This document shows positions 1 through 11,075 of a stretch of DNA of 40,906 bases, in pieces. The notes under the pieces are model-generated. The model was not told where the DNA came from, ran no database searches, and was given only the letters and a program-made list of their open reading frames with translations. Source of the DNA: Octopus sinensis. Lineage: Eukaryota. The stretch spans positions 1 through 40,906 of the forward strand of contig NW_021835357.1 in NCBI RefSeq assembly GCF_006345805.1. Direction: 5' to 3'. Numbering within the stretch: the first letter of the stretch is position 1; each line of letters opens with the position of its first letter. Both the position numbers and the translations under genes were made by a program.

Positions 1-31
1 CGATATGACTAGCGTCCGTCCATTGTGAGAT

Positions 32-97
<66 letters not shown>

Positions 98-192
98 CAA
101 TAGATAGATTATATAGATAGATAGATAGATAGATAGATAGAAGATAGATTATAGATAGATAGATAGACAGATAGATATATGATACATAGATA
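32..192. repeat. (GATA)n microsatellite, read as the (TATC)n tail of the adjacent minus-strand retroposon end
   Basis: Direct tetranucleotide run abutting the element at 193-335. Confidence 0.95.
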
Positions 193-335
193 AGTTTTTA
201 TTGGCCACACAGGGCTGCACACAGATGGACAAGTTACAAGGTAGAGCTTTTCTTTTGGGGGATGAAAAAACAAAAAAACAAAAGAAACAAAAAAAGGGGG
301 TGGCGTAGGTTTTCGATCAAGGGGGATAGTAAAAG
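193..335 (-). mobile_element. 3' end of a (TATC)n-tailed non-LTR retroposon (clade unresolved), copy 1
   Basis: Minus strand reads ...aaagctctaccttgtaacttgtccatctgtgtgcagccctgtgtggccAATAAAaact(tatc)n. A homologous segment at 35157-35320 has the same tail and orientation. Confidence 0.6.
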
Positions 336-1052
336 GGAAGAAAGACAAAAAAAATATAATAAATAATAAATGAATAAAAAAATAAAAAAATAAAAATAAG
401 ATAGATAGATAGATATATTAATAAAGGAAGTGAAATTGGTCGATATGCATAAAAACATGTGAATGTGTGTGGTTGTTGGTGTAGTGTGTGTTTATTGCTG
501 CGTGTGTGTGCGTTCGTGAGTATGTGCGTGTATGTGTGTCTGTCTGTCTGTGTGACCACATTTCTGTTGATTCAGATCTTACAATGGACCAACTGTTTAG
601 CATTTGCAATCACATTTTGCAGAAACCGAATTTTATTTAAAATTGCATTGCGAACTTCGCACAACAATATATCAATTATATTTAGAAGGAAGCAATTACA
701 GAAAATTATGAAATAATAATTGTGATATAAAAAAATAAAACAATGAATTATATGGAAACATTTCGGTACACATACATTTATATATATTGTGGTGTTAATA
801 TATTCATAAATTGGCTTACGATTTTTTAAAATGGAAGGAAAACAAAGGAATTAGAATCAAGAATGAGAGAATGAAGGAATGAAAAAAAAAACAACCCTGA
901 AACAGATTCAAAATGATAAATAGAAAGATTGATGCATTGCCGTCTCAAAAAGACCTTTATATTGGTGTTTAACAATATTTTTGGTAGCGGTGTGACTAGC
1001 GACAGTTGGGAAAACTACAGTATTCATTTCTTCCCAATGCTAAATATTCAGT

Positions 1053-1422
1053 GTGGAGGCTTAATGGCTCAGTGGTTAGGGCAGCGGACTCGCGGTCGTA
1101 GGATCGCGGTTTCGATTCCCAGACCGGGCGTTGTGAGTGTTTATTGAGCGAAAACACCTATTTGGTCCACGAGGCTCCGGCAGGGGATGGTGGTGATCCC
1201 TGCTGTACTCTTTCACCAAAACTTTCTCTCACTCTTACTTCCTGTTTCTGTTGTACCTGTATTTCAAAGGGCCGGCCTTGTCACTCTCTGTGTCACGCTG
1301 AATATCCCCGAGAACTACGTTAAGGGTACACGTGTCTGTGGAGTGATCAGCCACTTACACGTTAATTTCACGGGCAGGCTGTTCCGTTGGTCGGATCAAC
1401 CGGAACCCTCATCGTCGTAACC
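1053..1422 (+). mobile_element. tRNA-derived SINE, family B, near full length
   Basis: A-box-like tggctcagtggttagg and B-box-like ggtttcgattcc. Nearly colinear with the inverted copy at 35823-36201. Confidence 0.9.
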
Positions 1423-1512
1423 ATATACTTCCATATCCAAATATTCAGTAACCTTCTTAAGGGTGTCACGATTTGAAATGATAAAATATTTGTGTTAAGG
1501 GTTGCCACTAAT

Positions 1513-1684
1513 AGGCGCAGGAGTGGCTGTGTGGTAAGTAGCTTGCTTACCAACCACATGGCTCCGGGATCAGTCCCATTGCGTGGCACCTTGGGCAAGT
1601 GTCTTCTACTATAGCCTCGGGCCGACGAAAGCCTTCTGAGAGGATTTGGTAGACGGAAACTGAAAGAATCCCGTCGTATATATG

Positions 1685-1724
<40 letters not shown>

Positions 1725-1952
1725 CGTGTATGTTTGTGTGTCTGTGTTTGTCCCCCTAGCGTTGCTTGACAACCGATGCTGGTGTGTTTATGTGACCGTC
1801 ACCTAGCGTTTCGGCAAAAGAGAACGATAGAATAAGTACTAGGCTTACAAAGAATAAGTCCCGGGGTCGAGTTGCTCGACTAAAGGCGGTGCTCCAGCAT
1901 GGCCGCAGTCAAATGACTGAAACAAGTAAAAGAGTAAAAGAGTAAAAGAGAG
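1513..1952 (+). mobile_element. tRNA-headed SINE, family D, with CORE-like centre, internal (TA)/(TG) microsatellite and (GAGTAAAA)n tail
   Basis: Head gtggctgtgtggtaag...cagtcccattgcgtggcaccttgggcaagtgtcttctact, internal repeat at about 1676-1750, tandem octamer tail. Decayed relatives at 14300-14470 and 39908-40125. Confidence 0.8.
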
Positions 1953-2129
1953 TAGTGACACGAATTGATATCGATGAATGCAAGAAGACAAAATTTTGCT
2001 TGAAATTGTAAATATGAAAATATTTATTTTATCGTTAAACAAAACAATGTATTGTCGCTAGGCCCAACAGCACAAAAATTAGTTAGACCAATTTAGAAAG
2101 CGCAAATCTTGTATGAGATGTTTGTTGGT

Positions 2130-2325
2130 TCAACCCGTGGACATGATTACAGAGTCAAAAAAACAGCACAGCTCTCATGACTTTGGGAAACATCTTTTTA
2201 CGCTAAGAGTTGCTGAAGTATGGAACAAACTGCCGGTATCAGTTGTTTGTTGTCGGAGCACTGCATCCTTCAAAATTTCCATGCTTCCTGAGATTCGCCA
2301 ACACTACACCTGTTTATAGAATATT
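2130..2325 (+). mobile_element. CR1-clade LINE ORF2 C-terminal remnant
   Basis: With one frameshift it translates to TRGHDYRVKK/QHSSHDFGKHLFTLRVAEVWNKLPVSVVCCRSTASFK, matching the CR1 TRGH...FF..RV...WN.LP...V.....FK signature. Confidence 0.8.
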
Positions 2326-2439
2326 TGCTGTAGCCCACCTTTTATACCATAACAAAACAATGTACATGAAAACTCTTCCAATCAGTTAAGGTGAGAAGCC
2401 ATGAAAGCCACTGCCCGTTACTGCATCAAGCCATATTTT

Positions 2440-2500
2440 ATTATCCTTATTATTATTATTATTATTATCAATATTATTATTATTATTATTATTATTATAT
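2440..2500. repeat. (ATT)n microsatellite
   Basis: Direct. Confidence 0.9.
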
Positions 2501-2689
2501 AAAGGATTGAGGTAACTCCTCCAGAAGATATAGAGTCAAAATTAAAAGAATAGTGCGATTGTCATCCAGTGAACGATATTTCTTATCATAAAAAGGTGAA
2601 GCTGACGTTAACGGAATTTGAACTCAGAATTTTAAATAAAAGCTCAGGAAAATACAACGTGGAATTTAACATGTGAAAGAAAATGCTAC

Positions 2690-3180
2690 TGATCCTGCTG
2701 TTGCTGGTGCTGCTGCTTATGATGATGATGATGATGATGACGACGAGGAGGAGGAGGTGGAGGAGAAGGAGGAGAGATGGTGATGGTGGTGGTGATGGTG
2801 ACGATGATGACGACGGCGACGACGATGATGAATACGACGACGGTGATGGTGATGGTAATGGTGGCGGTGGTGATTGTCGTAACGATAAAATTTAACGCCG
2901 ACAAGAACAATAAGAAGAAGAGAAGAAGAAGAAGAAGAAGAAGAAGGAGAAGAAGAAGAAGAAAAAGAAGAAGAAGAAGTGTTGGTGGAGAAGGTGAGAT
3001 GAAAGTGTGCTAGGAGGAGGAAGGTGAAGAGTAGTAGGAGGAAGAAGTAGAGGTGGGGAGTGGTAGGAGGTATGCGAAAAAGAGATAGACGTAGAAGAGA
3101 AGGAGCGGAGGGGTAGGAGGAAGAAGAACAAGAAGAACAAGAAGAACAAGAAGAAGAGTCACAATTAACAACAACAAAAA
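2690..3180. repeat. Compound (GAT/GGT/GAC)-(GAA)n low-complexity block containing a roughly 170-bp purine-rich unit paralogous to 9631-9810
   Basis: gtgttggtggagaaggtgagatgaaagtgtgctaggaggaggaagg... at 2979 matches gtgttggtagaggaggtgagatgaaagtgtgctaggtggaggaag... at 9631. Confidence 0.8.
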
Positions 3181-3329
3181 GAAAAATGTCGACGATAACG
3201 CCAGCGACACCGCCGACTGCAAGAACGCACTTTGTGTCAGCGTTCATTAAAAGACAATAGACCCTCGAAGATCAGATAAGATATTCTTCTTGTTTCGGTG
3301 TCTTTAGAGACTTGTCATATTTTACCGTC

Positions 3330-3850
3330 TCTCTGTGTATGTGTGTGAACTTCTGTTCGTGTATTGTTGTGCGTGTGTATGCGTGTGTATGTGTTTGTGT
3401 GTGTGTGTGTGTGTGGTGTGTTTGCGTTTGCCAAAATGTGTTCGGTTGTCTTTGTAAATTTATTTGCAATTATTACATGTCGTTGTTGTTGTTGCTGTTA
3501 TTGTTGTTGTTGTTGTGTTTAATGAGGATGTAAACGCCGTTGTTAATGTTATCATCTGTGGCGATATAAACTTGTTTGCTTTTCTCTTGCTCGCCGTATT
3601 TTTAACGTTTTCATATATGCTCTTTTACAATTTTTGGTTTATCAGCCGTGGGGCAAAGTAGTTGCTGATTGGCTTGTCTTTTTTTTGTAGTTTGTTATTG
3701 TCGTTGCTTCTCTTTCCGTTGATCATGTCATTGTTTGTCTTATTGTTATTGTTATTCGTGTAGTTGCTTTTTCTATTGCTGTTGGTGTTGGTGTTGTTGT
3801 TGTTGCGGCTGCTGTTCTCGTTGTTCTTTTCGTTGTTGCAACTACGGATG
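3330..3850. repeat. (GT)n and degenerate (GTT)n low-complexity tract
   Basis: Direct. Confidence 0.8.
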
Positions 3851-4078
3851 ATTATCTTTGTGGCAAACAATGCTATACATTCAGTGCTTTTTGTTGTTCT
3901 ATGTCAATGATAACTTATATTTATTTGTAATGTTTTGTTTTGTGTGGCTGTTGCTTTTGTATAACCCAAGGCCAGACCTCACCAAACCGCATCGAGCATG
4001 TATGACAAGCAGTGATCCGCAGACACGTTTCATAGTATTAAAAATCATCCGTCTATAGGAATCCAAAACTGCTCATAC

Positions 4079-4745
4079 CTATTTCTTTATTACCCACAAG
4101 GGGCTACACACAGAGAGGACAAACAAGGACAGACAAACGGATTAAGTCGATTATATCGACCCCAGTGCGTAACTGTTCCTTAATTTATCGACCCCGAAAG
4201 GATGAAATGCAGAGTCGACCCCGGCGGAATTTGAACTCAGAACGTAACGGCAGACTAAATACCTATTTCTTTACTACCCACAAGGGGCTACATACAGAGA
4301 GGACAAACAAGGACAGACAAATGGATTAAGTCGATTATATCGACCCCAGTGCGTAACTGGTACTTAATTTATCGACCCCCGAAAGGATGAAATTCAAAGT
4401 CAACCTCGGCGGAATTTGAACTCAGAACGTAGCGGCGGACGAAATAACACTAAGTATTTTTCCCGACGTGCTAACGTATCTGCCAGCTCACCGCTTTCCC
4501 AAAACTGCTTATACCTATGTCTTTATTACCCACAAGGGGCTACACACAGAGAGGACAAACAAGGACAGACAAATGGATTAAGTCGATTATATCGTCCCCA
4601 GTGCGTAACTGGTCCTTAATTTATCGACCCCGAAAGCATGAAATGCAAAGTCAACTTCGGTGGAATTTGAACTCAGAACGTAGCGGCAGACGAAATAACG
4701 CTAAGTATTTTGCCCGACGTGCTAACGTTTCTGCCAGCTCACCGC
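4079..4745 (-). mobile_element. Head-to-tail array of three family A SINEs (184-bp truncated unit, then two full units at 252-bp spacing)
   Basis: Units start at ctat(t/g)tc(t) at 4079, 4263 and 4515. The 16-mer ccaaaactgct(c/t)atac lies at 4063, 4499 and 4750 (TSD-like). The minus strand has B-box gagttcaaattcc and centre gactttgc(a)tttcatcctttcggggtcgataaa..gtaccag, which I recall as resembling the Meta/MESC SINE core. Confidence 0.9.
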
Positions 4746-5220
4746 TTTCCCAAAACTGCTTATACCGGCAAGCACAATGTATTACGTGGATTATAGCAAT
4801 AACAATCGGTGTATACAATAAAACCGAAAGAAACGTCACTACGTATTTTCCCCAACAACCTAATCATTCTGCCTTTTCAACGTCCTACACCGGTAGAAAT
4901 TATGGAGGGCAGGTTGAGCCCGATCAGAGCACGACAGTTGCAATTACACATCCTCAGTTCTTATTGTTAATGGTGTGCAATGCTTACGAGTCCCGTTTAC
5001 TACTTTTGGCTCAATGAGAGAAACAGATTGATGGTGTTCTTAAAATGTAGCCGTATCCTGGAGTATGTGGTTTTGGAGGTTTAGCGCTTCGTATTTATTC
5101 TTTTCTGTAATAACAAGAAATGCGGAATAGTTCATTTCTGTAACAATCTGTGTCAATGGCAAGACTAGGTGGTCTTTCGTAATTAGCTAATTTTGACTAG
5201 ATTTTCTGTTGCTGAAAAAA

Positions 5221-5227
5221 CATTATC

Positions 5228-5276
<49 letters not shown>

Positions 5277-5403
5277 TTTGTTGTTGTTGTTGTTGTTGTT
5301 GTTGTTATTGTTGTTGTTGTTGTTGTTGTTGCTGCTGCTGCTGCTGCTGTTGTTGTTGTTGTTGTTGTTGTTATTATTATTATTGTTATTATTATTATTA
5401 TGA
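5221..5403. repeat. (ATT)n/(GTT)n/(GCT)n compound microsatellite; (TAA)n target/tail of the Dong-like element
   Basis: Direct; abuts the element 3' end. Confidence 0.9.
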
Positions 5404-7205
5404 TATGTTTGATTTTTGCTTTGTATTTGTACAAGTTGACTCCAAGTCTCACTCAGAGACCTCAAGAGACAACAATTTAGAAGTTCATGTTGGTGTTATG
5501 CCCAGGCTGTCATATATTTGGCTTTGCACATAGTATTGTTCTTGAGAATATTTACGAAAACAAAAGAAAATTATGAGTTTGTTTTAAAATTTGAGATTAC
5601 ATAGACAGCAATTTACGTAGGATATGGGCAGTTCCCATGAACACTATCTTTTGAATTTTAAAGCAGGAGACACTAACCATTGATGGGTAAGGTCTTTGTC
5701 AAGATCGGCACTATTAGCTCTCTTTGGGTATTTGTCATTGAGAGGTTTTTCTTGCCATTTATCAGTAAGAATATCTAAGGCAGCAGTTCTAGCACTGGTT
5801 TTCATACGCTTAGCTTTTCTGTGCTTGTTTCCAGTACGTCTTACTTTTGGATTTCCCTTAGAGATTCCTTTGCTTGTTTGTTACTGAGTATGATGCTTTC
5901 TTGTTTTCATGCTTTAAGAAAGTTTTAACATCCAGTCCTCCGAGTTTTTCAGGTAGGTGTTTAGGCCAATTGGAGTAGTCTTCATTGTTAATTCCAGTTG
6001 TAAAAGACAACAGCCACTCTCTTTTCTTGGCAGGTAAAGTCGTTCTATATCTGCCTTAGGGTGGTGCATTCTATGCATTGTCAACAACTTTCGTATTTTT
6101 CTGTCAAGATTATATATTTCAGTAATTGACCAGTTAATGATATTGAAACTGTAAGTCACGACTGGTATGGCTAAAGCATTGATCGCTTCGATCCTGTTTC
6201 TTGCATTCAGCTCTGTCTTAAGTATTTCCCTTACCCTGCAATAACATTCCCTTCTGATCCTTCTCCTCATCATTGAATGTTTTATACCATTGTTGTTAAG
6301 CAGATTATGGTTCTATAATTTTTTGGTTCACTTGTTTCTTCCTTTTTTGGAAGTAGGGATGTAACACGGCTGCCCACTGTGGTCTCCCCATACAAGACAA
6401 AACATCTCCAGAATTGAGTCACCCCAGAGGGTACTCACTAAACGAATTGAAGGCATGGCTGCTCTCGATTATTGGGATCGCCTTAAAGCCTTGAAACTTT
6501 ACTCCCTCCAGCGTCGCCGTGAGCGGTACATCATTTGTACGATGTGGAGAATATACCGCCAACTTTGCCCAAACGACCTTAACATTACCTTCAAGGTTCA
6601 TCCAAGACTGGGACCACGGGCCATACGTCCCCTGCCCAATTCAAGATCACAACATACATGTACACTGCAACATAATTTCTTTTCCTCAACAGGCCCTGCC
6701 CTATTTAACATTGTCCCGAAAGAGATCAAAGAGGAAAAGGATCCCATCCACTTTAAACGGAGTCTGGATAGATTCCTTCAAAGAATACCAGATAAGCCAC
6801 CCATAATTGGATACAACTCACCCAACAAGAACTCACTACTAGAACAAAACTTGACTTAAACAGGATTCGAATAATCCTATCAGATGGTGCTATTAAGTTA
6901 GACATGGCCTGGACCAATCTTTGGTCGAAACATATCTAAGTTTATCTAACACCATTAACTAACCAAGAGGAAATCATACCAGGTCGTTGCAAAGTATTTT
7001 TGTAAAATTTTGTTTGCAGTTGTTCCTGACTCTCTGGGAAGACCTTCAAACAGAGGTTAGAAATTTTACAATTTCCTGAAGACTTACATTTGCTTGACAT
7101 CCTGAGAGCAGATCTTACGTCCTCTACCTTGATAACCTCACACTTTTGCTCTTCTAAGGAGTGTAATTCAGTAGATATCCTGTCGGTTATTCGGTTACTT
7201 TTCAT
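5404..7205 (-). mobile_element. R4/Dong-clade non-LTR retrotransposon remnant with two internal deletions, interrupted by a CR1 insertion
   Basis: Minus-strand peptides in order: EDVRSALRMSSKCKSSGNCKISNLCLK...SSWLVNGV | TSLLPKKEETSEPKNYRTIICLTTM | NGIKHSMM...AINALAIPVVTYSF...HPKADIERLYLPRKESG | WQEKPLNDKYP...HQWL | IQKIVFMGTAHILRKLL*. A 3' UTR follows, ending in (TAA)n. Confidence 0.85.
6368..6946 (+). mobile_element. 5'-truncated CR1-group LINE (ORF2 C-terminus plus 3' UTR) nested in the Dong element, TSD TAACAC
   Basis: ORF 6455-6859 has YWDRLKALKLYSLQRRRERY...GPALFN..P..IK...FKRSLDRFL..IPDKP. TAACAC lies at 6362-6367 and 6947-6952. A second copy is at 37141-37432. Confidence 0.88.
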
Positions 7206-7594
7206 CGAAACTGAATTTTAGATTTTCTACCAACGTTGACGATGGAGAAAATGGCGTATCTTTTAGATATAGTCACTTAGTTGATCGGGTTAAATTTTAT
7301 ACGACAGTGTATCCGAATAACATAACGCGTTTCAAATTACGAAGTAAGATGAATCCGCTTAAGTTTCATCTAAAATTATGAAGTGACTTTGTTGCTATGA
7401 AGGAGGCCAATTATTTTTCAATCTTTCATGTTTTACTTCATTTTTCATTTTTCTTTTTCTTATTCTTTTTTTTCCTTTTATGATAAAATAAATTTCCTTT
7501 ACGTCGAATCATAAAAGATTCAGTTTTGCTGGTTTTGAAAATGGAAGCTGTTTGTATACAAAAACTTACACGGGAAATAAAGTAACAGACGAAT

Positions 7595-7651
7595 ATATAT
7601 GTGGGTGTGTGTGTGTGTGGTGTTGTGTGTGTGTGTGTGTGTGTAAGTATA

Positions 7652-7703
<52 letters not shown>

Positions 7704-7766
7704 ATACATATACACACATATATATGTATATGTATATATATATATAAATGTGTGTATATATATATA

Positions 7767-7800
<34 letters not shown>

Positions 7801-7895
7801 CAATACATATATAATATAAGATGTGAAATCTATTACAATCTATATATATATATACATATGTATGTATATATATGTATAATATATATATATGTATG

Positions 7896-7926
<31 letters not shown>

Positions 7927-8075
7927 TGTGTGGGGTGGGTGTGTGTGTGTTATAGATATAGTATATATATGTTATATATATAATTATATATATATACATA
8001 CAAAAATATATTATATATATATATTATATAATATATATATAATATATATTATATATAATATAATAATATATATAT
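7595..8075. repeat. (GT)n/(TA)n compound microsatellite
   Basis: Direct. Confidence 0.95.
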
Positions 8076-8487
8076 ACGTGTGCAATAGATTTTACATCAA
8101 AATCAGAAATCCAACGAGTGGTAACAACAAATAAGCAGACAAACAAAGCCAGATAATCTTACCTTGAATTATTAATGAGTTACCTTAGTATGTGTCCCAA
8201 AAGCTTTAAATGTGTTAATGTAATATTTTTTCAACATATTTATGGAAAAGAACTCTTCAACGCTTTCGATATTAGCACAAATAAACAAATTTAGATGTAA
8301 ACTGAATGTAGGAGCTGTTAAAAGTTTACAAGTAACCTCCACAATTCAGAACATTCACGGACTCAGTCGACAGGAGTTGAGACAAACCTTCCGTGGTTTT
8401 GTTTAATTAGTGTTTAAAATTAAATTAATATAATTAAACAATGCTATGACAACGTACTTTAATGCTATTTTACATTTTGGTTGTAAT

Positions 8488-8640
8488 AATGGATTTCAAA
8501 TTTTGGCACAATGCCAGCAATTTTGGGGAATGGTGTAAGTCGATTACATGAACCTCAGTATCCAACTGGTGCTTGTTTTATCGACCACGGAAGGATGAAA
8601 GGTAAAGTCGATCCCGGCAGAATTTGAGCTCAAAACGTAA
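8488..8640 (-). mobile_element. Decayed family A SINE with alternative 3' tail (A2: ...aaattgctggc.ttgtgccaaaatttgaaa)
   Basis: Shares the A core (tcgacc..aaggatgaaagg.aaagtcga...gaatttga.ctca). The same tail occurs at 12020, 12720, 12930 and 30506. Confidence 0.7.
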
Positions 8641-8701
8641 ATATCACCATAATGACCATCACCACCACCATTACCATCAACACCGTCATTACCATCACCA
8701 C

Positions 8702-8933
8702 CTATTTCTTTACTACCCACAAGGGGCTAAACACAGAGGGGACGAACAAGGACAGACAAACGGATTAAGTCGATTATATCGACCCTAGTGCGTAACTGGT
8801 ACTTATTTAATCGACCCCGAAAGGATGAAAGGCAAAGTCGACCTCGGCGGAATTTGAACTCAGAATGTAGCGGCAGACGAAATACACTAAGCATTTCGCC
8901 CGGCGTTGCTAACGTTTCTGCCAGCTCACCGCC
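8702..8933 (-). mobile_element. Full-length family A SINE (A1 tail) inside a (CAC/CAT)n tract
   Basis: Colinear with the full units at 4263-4495 and 4515-4745. Confidence 0.92.
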
Positions 8934-9344
8934 TTGTTTCTGCCATCACCACCACCATCATCACCACCATCACCAACACCACCATCACTATCGCAACCAC
9001 CACCAACAGCACCATCACCACTATCGCTACCACCACCTTCTCCATCGTTGCCATCATCATTGTGTTCACCACGTCCTAACGATTTTGCCAAACTCGTCGC
9101 CTCATCTTGGTTATGATAACTATTTTGAATTTTGAATTTTGAGGCTCGAGGTCAGCAATTTTAAAGGAAGGAAAGTGAATTCCTGCGATCTTCCAGGCAG
9201 AATATTTTGTTTTAATTCTTAGAAAATAGTCCGCGATGGTTTGGCTTAAATATACACGTTTCGTTTGCAGATTTCTATCAATTTCTAGACGCTCTTAGAC
9301 AAGAACGGTTTTATTTTCTGTGCAAAGTTGGGCCAATTTGCAAA

Positions 9345-9601
9345 AACAGCGACAACAACAGCAATATTAATAGTAATAATGGGAATGAGGATAATCGGGA
9401 TGATGACAATAACGACGGTGAGAAGAAGAAGAAGAAGAAGAAGAAGAAGAAGAAAGAAGAAGAAGAAGAAAGAAGAAGAAAGAAGAAGAAGAAGAAGAAG
9501 AAGAAGAAAGAAGAAGAAGAAAGAAGAAGAAAGAACCAAGAAGAATAAGAAGAAGAAGAAGAAGAAGAAGAGAAGAAGAAGAAAGAAGAAGAAAAAGAAG
9601 A

Positions 9602-9632
<31 letters not shown>

Positions 9633-9974
9633 GTTGGTAGAGGAGGTGAGATGAAAGTGTGCTAGGTGGAGGAAGAAAGTGAAGAATAGGAGGAAGAAGA
9701 AGAGGAGGTAAGGAGTAGGAGTAACGCGACGAAGAGATAGAAGAAGGGGAGGAGCGGAGGGGTAGGAAGAAGAAGGGGGAGAAAAACAAGAACAAGAAGA
9801 ACAAGAAGGAGGAGCGGAAAAAAGAACAAAAAGAAGAAATAGAAGAAGAAGAAATAGAAGAAGATCAAGAAGAACAAGAAGAACAAGAAGAAGTACAACA
9901 ACAACAACAACAACAAAAACAACAACAACAAGAACAAGAAGTAGAAATAGAAGAAGAAGAAGAAGAAGAAGAAG

Positions 9975-10010
<36 letters not shown>

Positions 10011-10253
10011 AGCAACAACAAGACTCATCATGAAATCGGTGTTATATTTCATGTAGAAATCACTGATCTCATTGTTTTACTCCAAACTTTTTTCAGTAAT
10101 GTTGCTTCAGTTTCTGTTGTTGTCTTTGTCAATATTATTATTATCATTATTATTATTATTATTATTATTATTGTTATTATTATTATAATATTATTATTAT
10201 TATTGTTATTATTATTATAATTATTATTAATATTATTATTATCATTATTATTA

Positions 10254-10295
<42 letters not shown>

Positions 10296-10329
10296 TTCAT
10301 TATTATATATTATCATCATTATTATTATT

Positions 10330-10377
<48 letters not shown>

Positions 10378-10484
10378 GATTATCATTATTATTATTATTA
10401 TCATTATTGTTATTATGTGTTATTATTATTATATTATTGTTATTATTATTATTATTATTATTTATTATTATTATTATATTATTA

Positions 10485-10518
<34 letters not shown>

Positions 10519-10548
10519 CTTTATCATTATTATTATTATTATTATTAT

Positions 10549-10580
<32 letters not shown>

Positions 10581-10648
10581 TTATTGTTATTATTATTATT
10601 ATTATTATTGTCATTATTATTATTATTATATTATTATTATCATTATTA

Positions 10649-10684
<36 letters not shown>

Positions 10685-10735
10685 TAATCATTATTATCAT
10701 TATTATTATTATTATTATTCTTATTATCATTATTA

Positions 10736-10774
<39 letters not shown>

Positions 10775-10791
10775 CATTATTATTATTATTA

Positions 10792-10826
<35 letters not shown>

Positions 10827-10898
10827 GTATTATATTATTATTATTATTATTATTGTCATTATATATTATTATTATTATATTATTATTATTTATTGTCA

Positions 10899-10940
<42 letters not shown>

Positions 10941-10941
10941 C

Positions 10942-10979
<38 letters not shown>

Positions 10980-11002
10980 CATTATTATTATTGTTGATGT
11001 TG

Positions 11003-11065
<63 letters not shown>

Positions 11066-11075
11066 TTATTATTGA
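9345..11075. repeat. Very long compound trinucleotide block: (GAA)n, (CAA)n and about 950 bp of (ATT)n
   Basis: Direct; source of the poly-K/E/L/I/Y ORFs in the track. Confidence 0.95.

Noticed and set aside
1053-1125. tRNA-like sequences (also 28601, 33470-33544, 36130-36201)
   Set aside because: A/B boxes run straight into SINE bodies with no acceptor stem closure, so these are SINE heads rather than tRNA genes.
4517-5017. 166-aa ORF on the + strand
   Set aside because: It is the antisense reading of a SINE A unit plus flank; the same peptide pieces recur at 4416, 8788 and 17356.
7322-7375. Minus-strand ttagatga...gaaacgcgtt, resembling a PLE hammerhead
   Set aside because: The core has two substitutions (UAGAUGA) and stems I and II pair poorly; at most a decayed remnant.
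8160-8400. Minus-strand donors (aag|gtaaga, aag|gtaact) and similar ones near 29360
   Set aside because: No convincing acceptor or recognisable peptide; isolated donors are expected by chance in AT-rich DNA.
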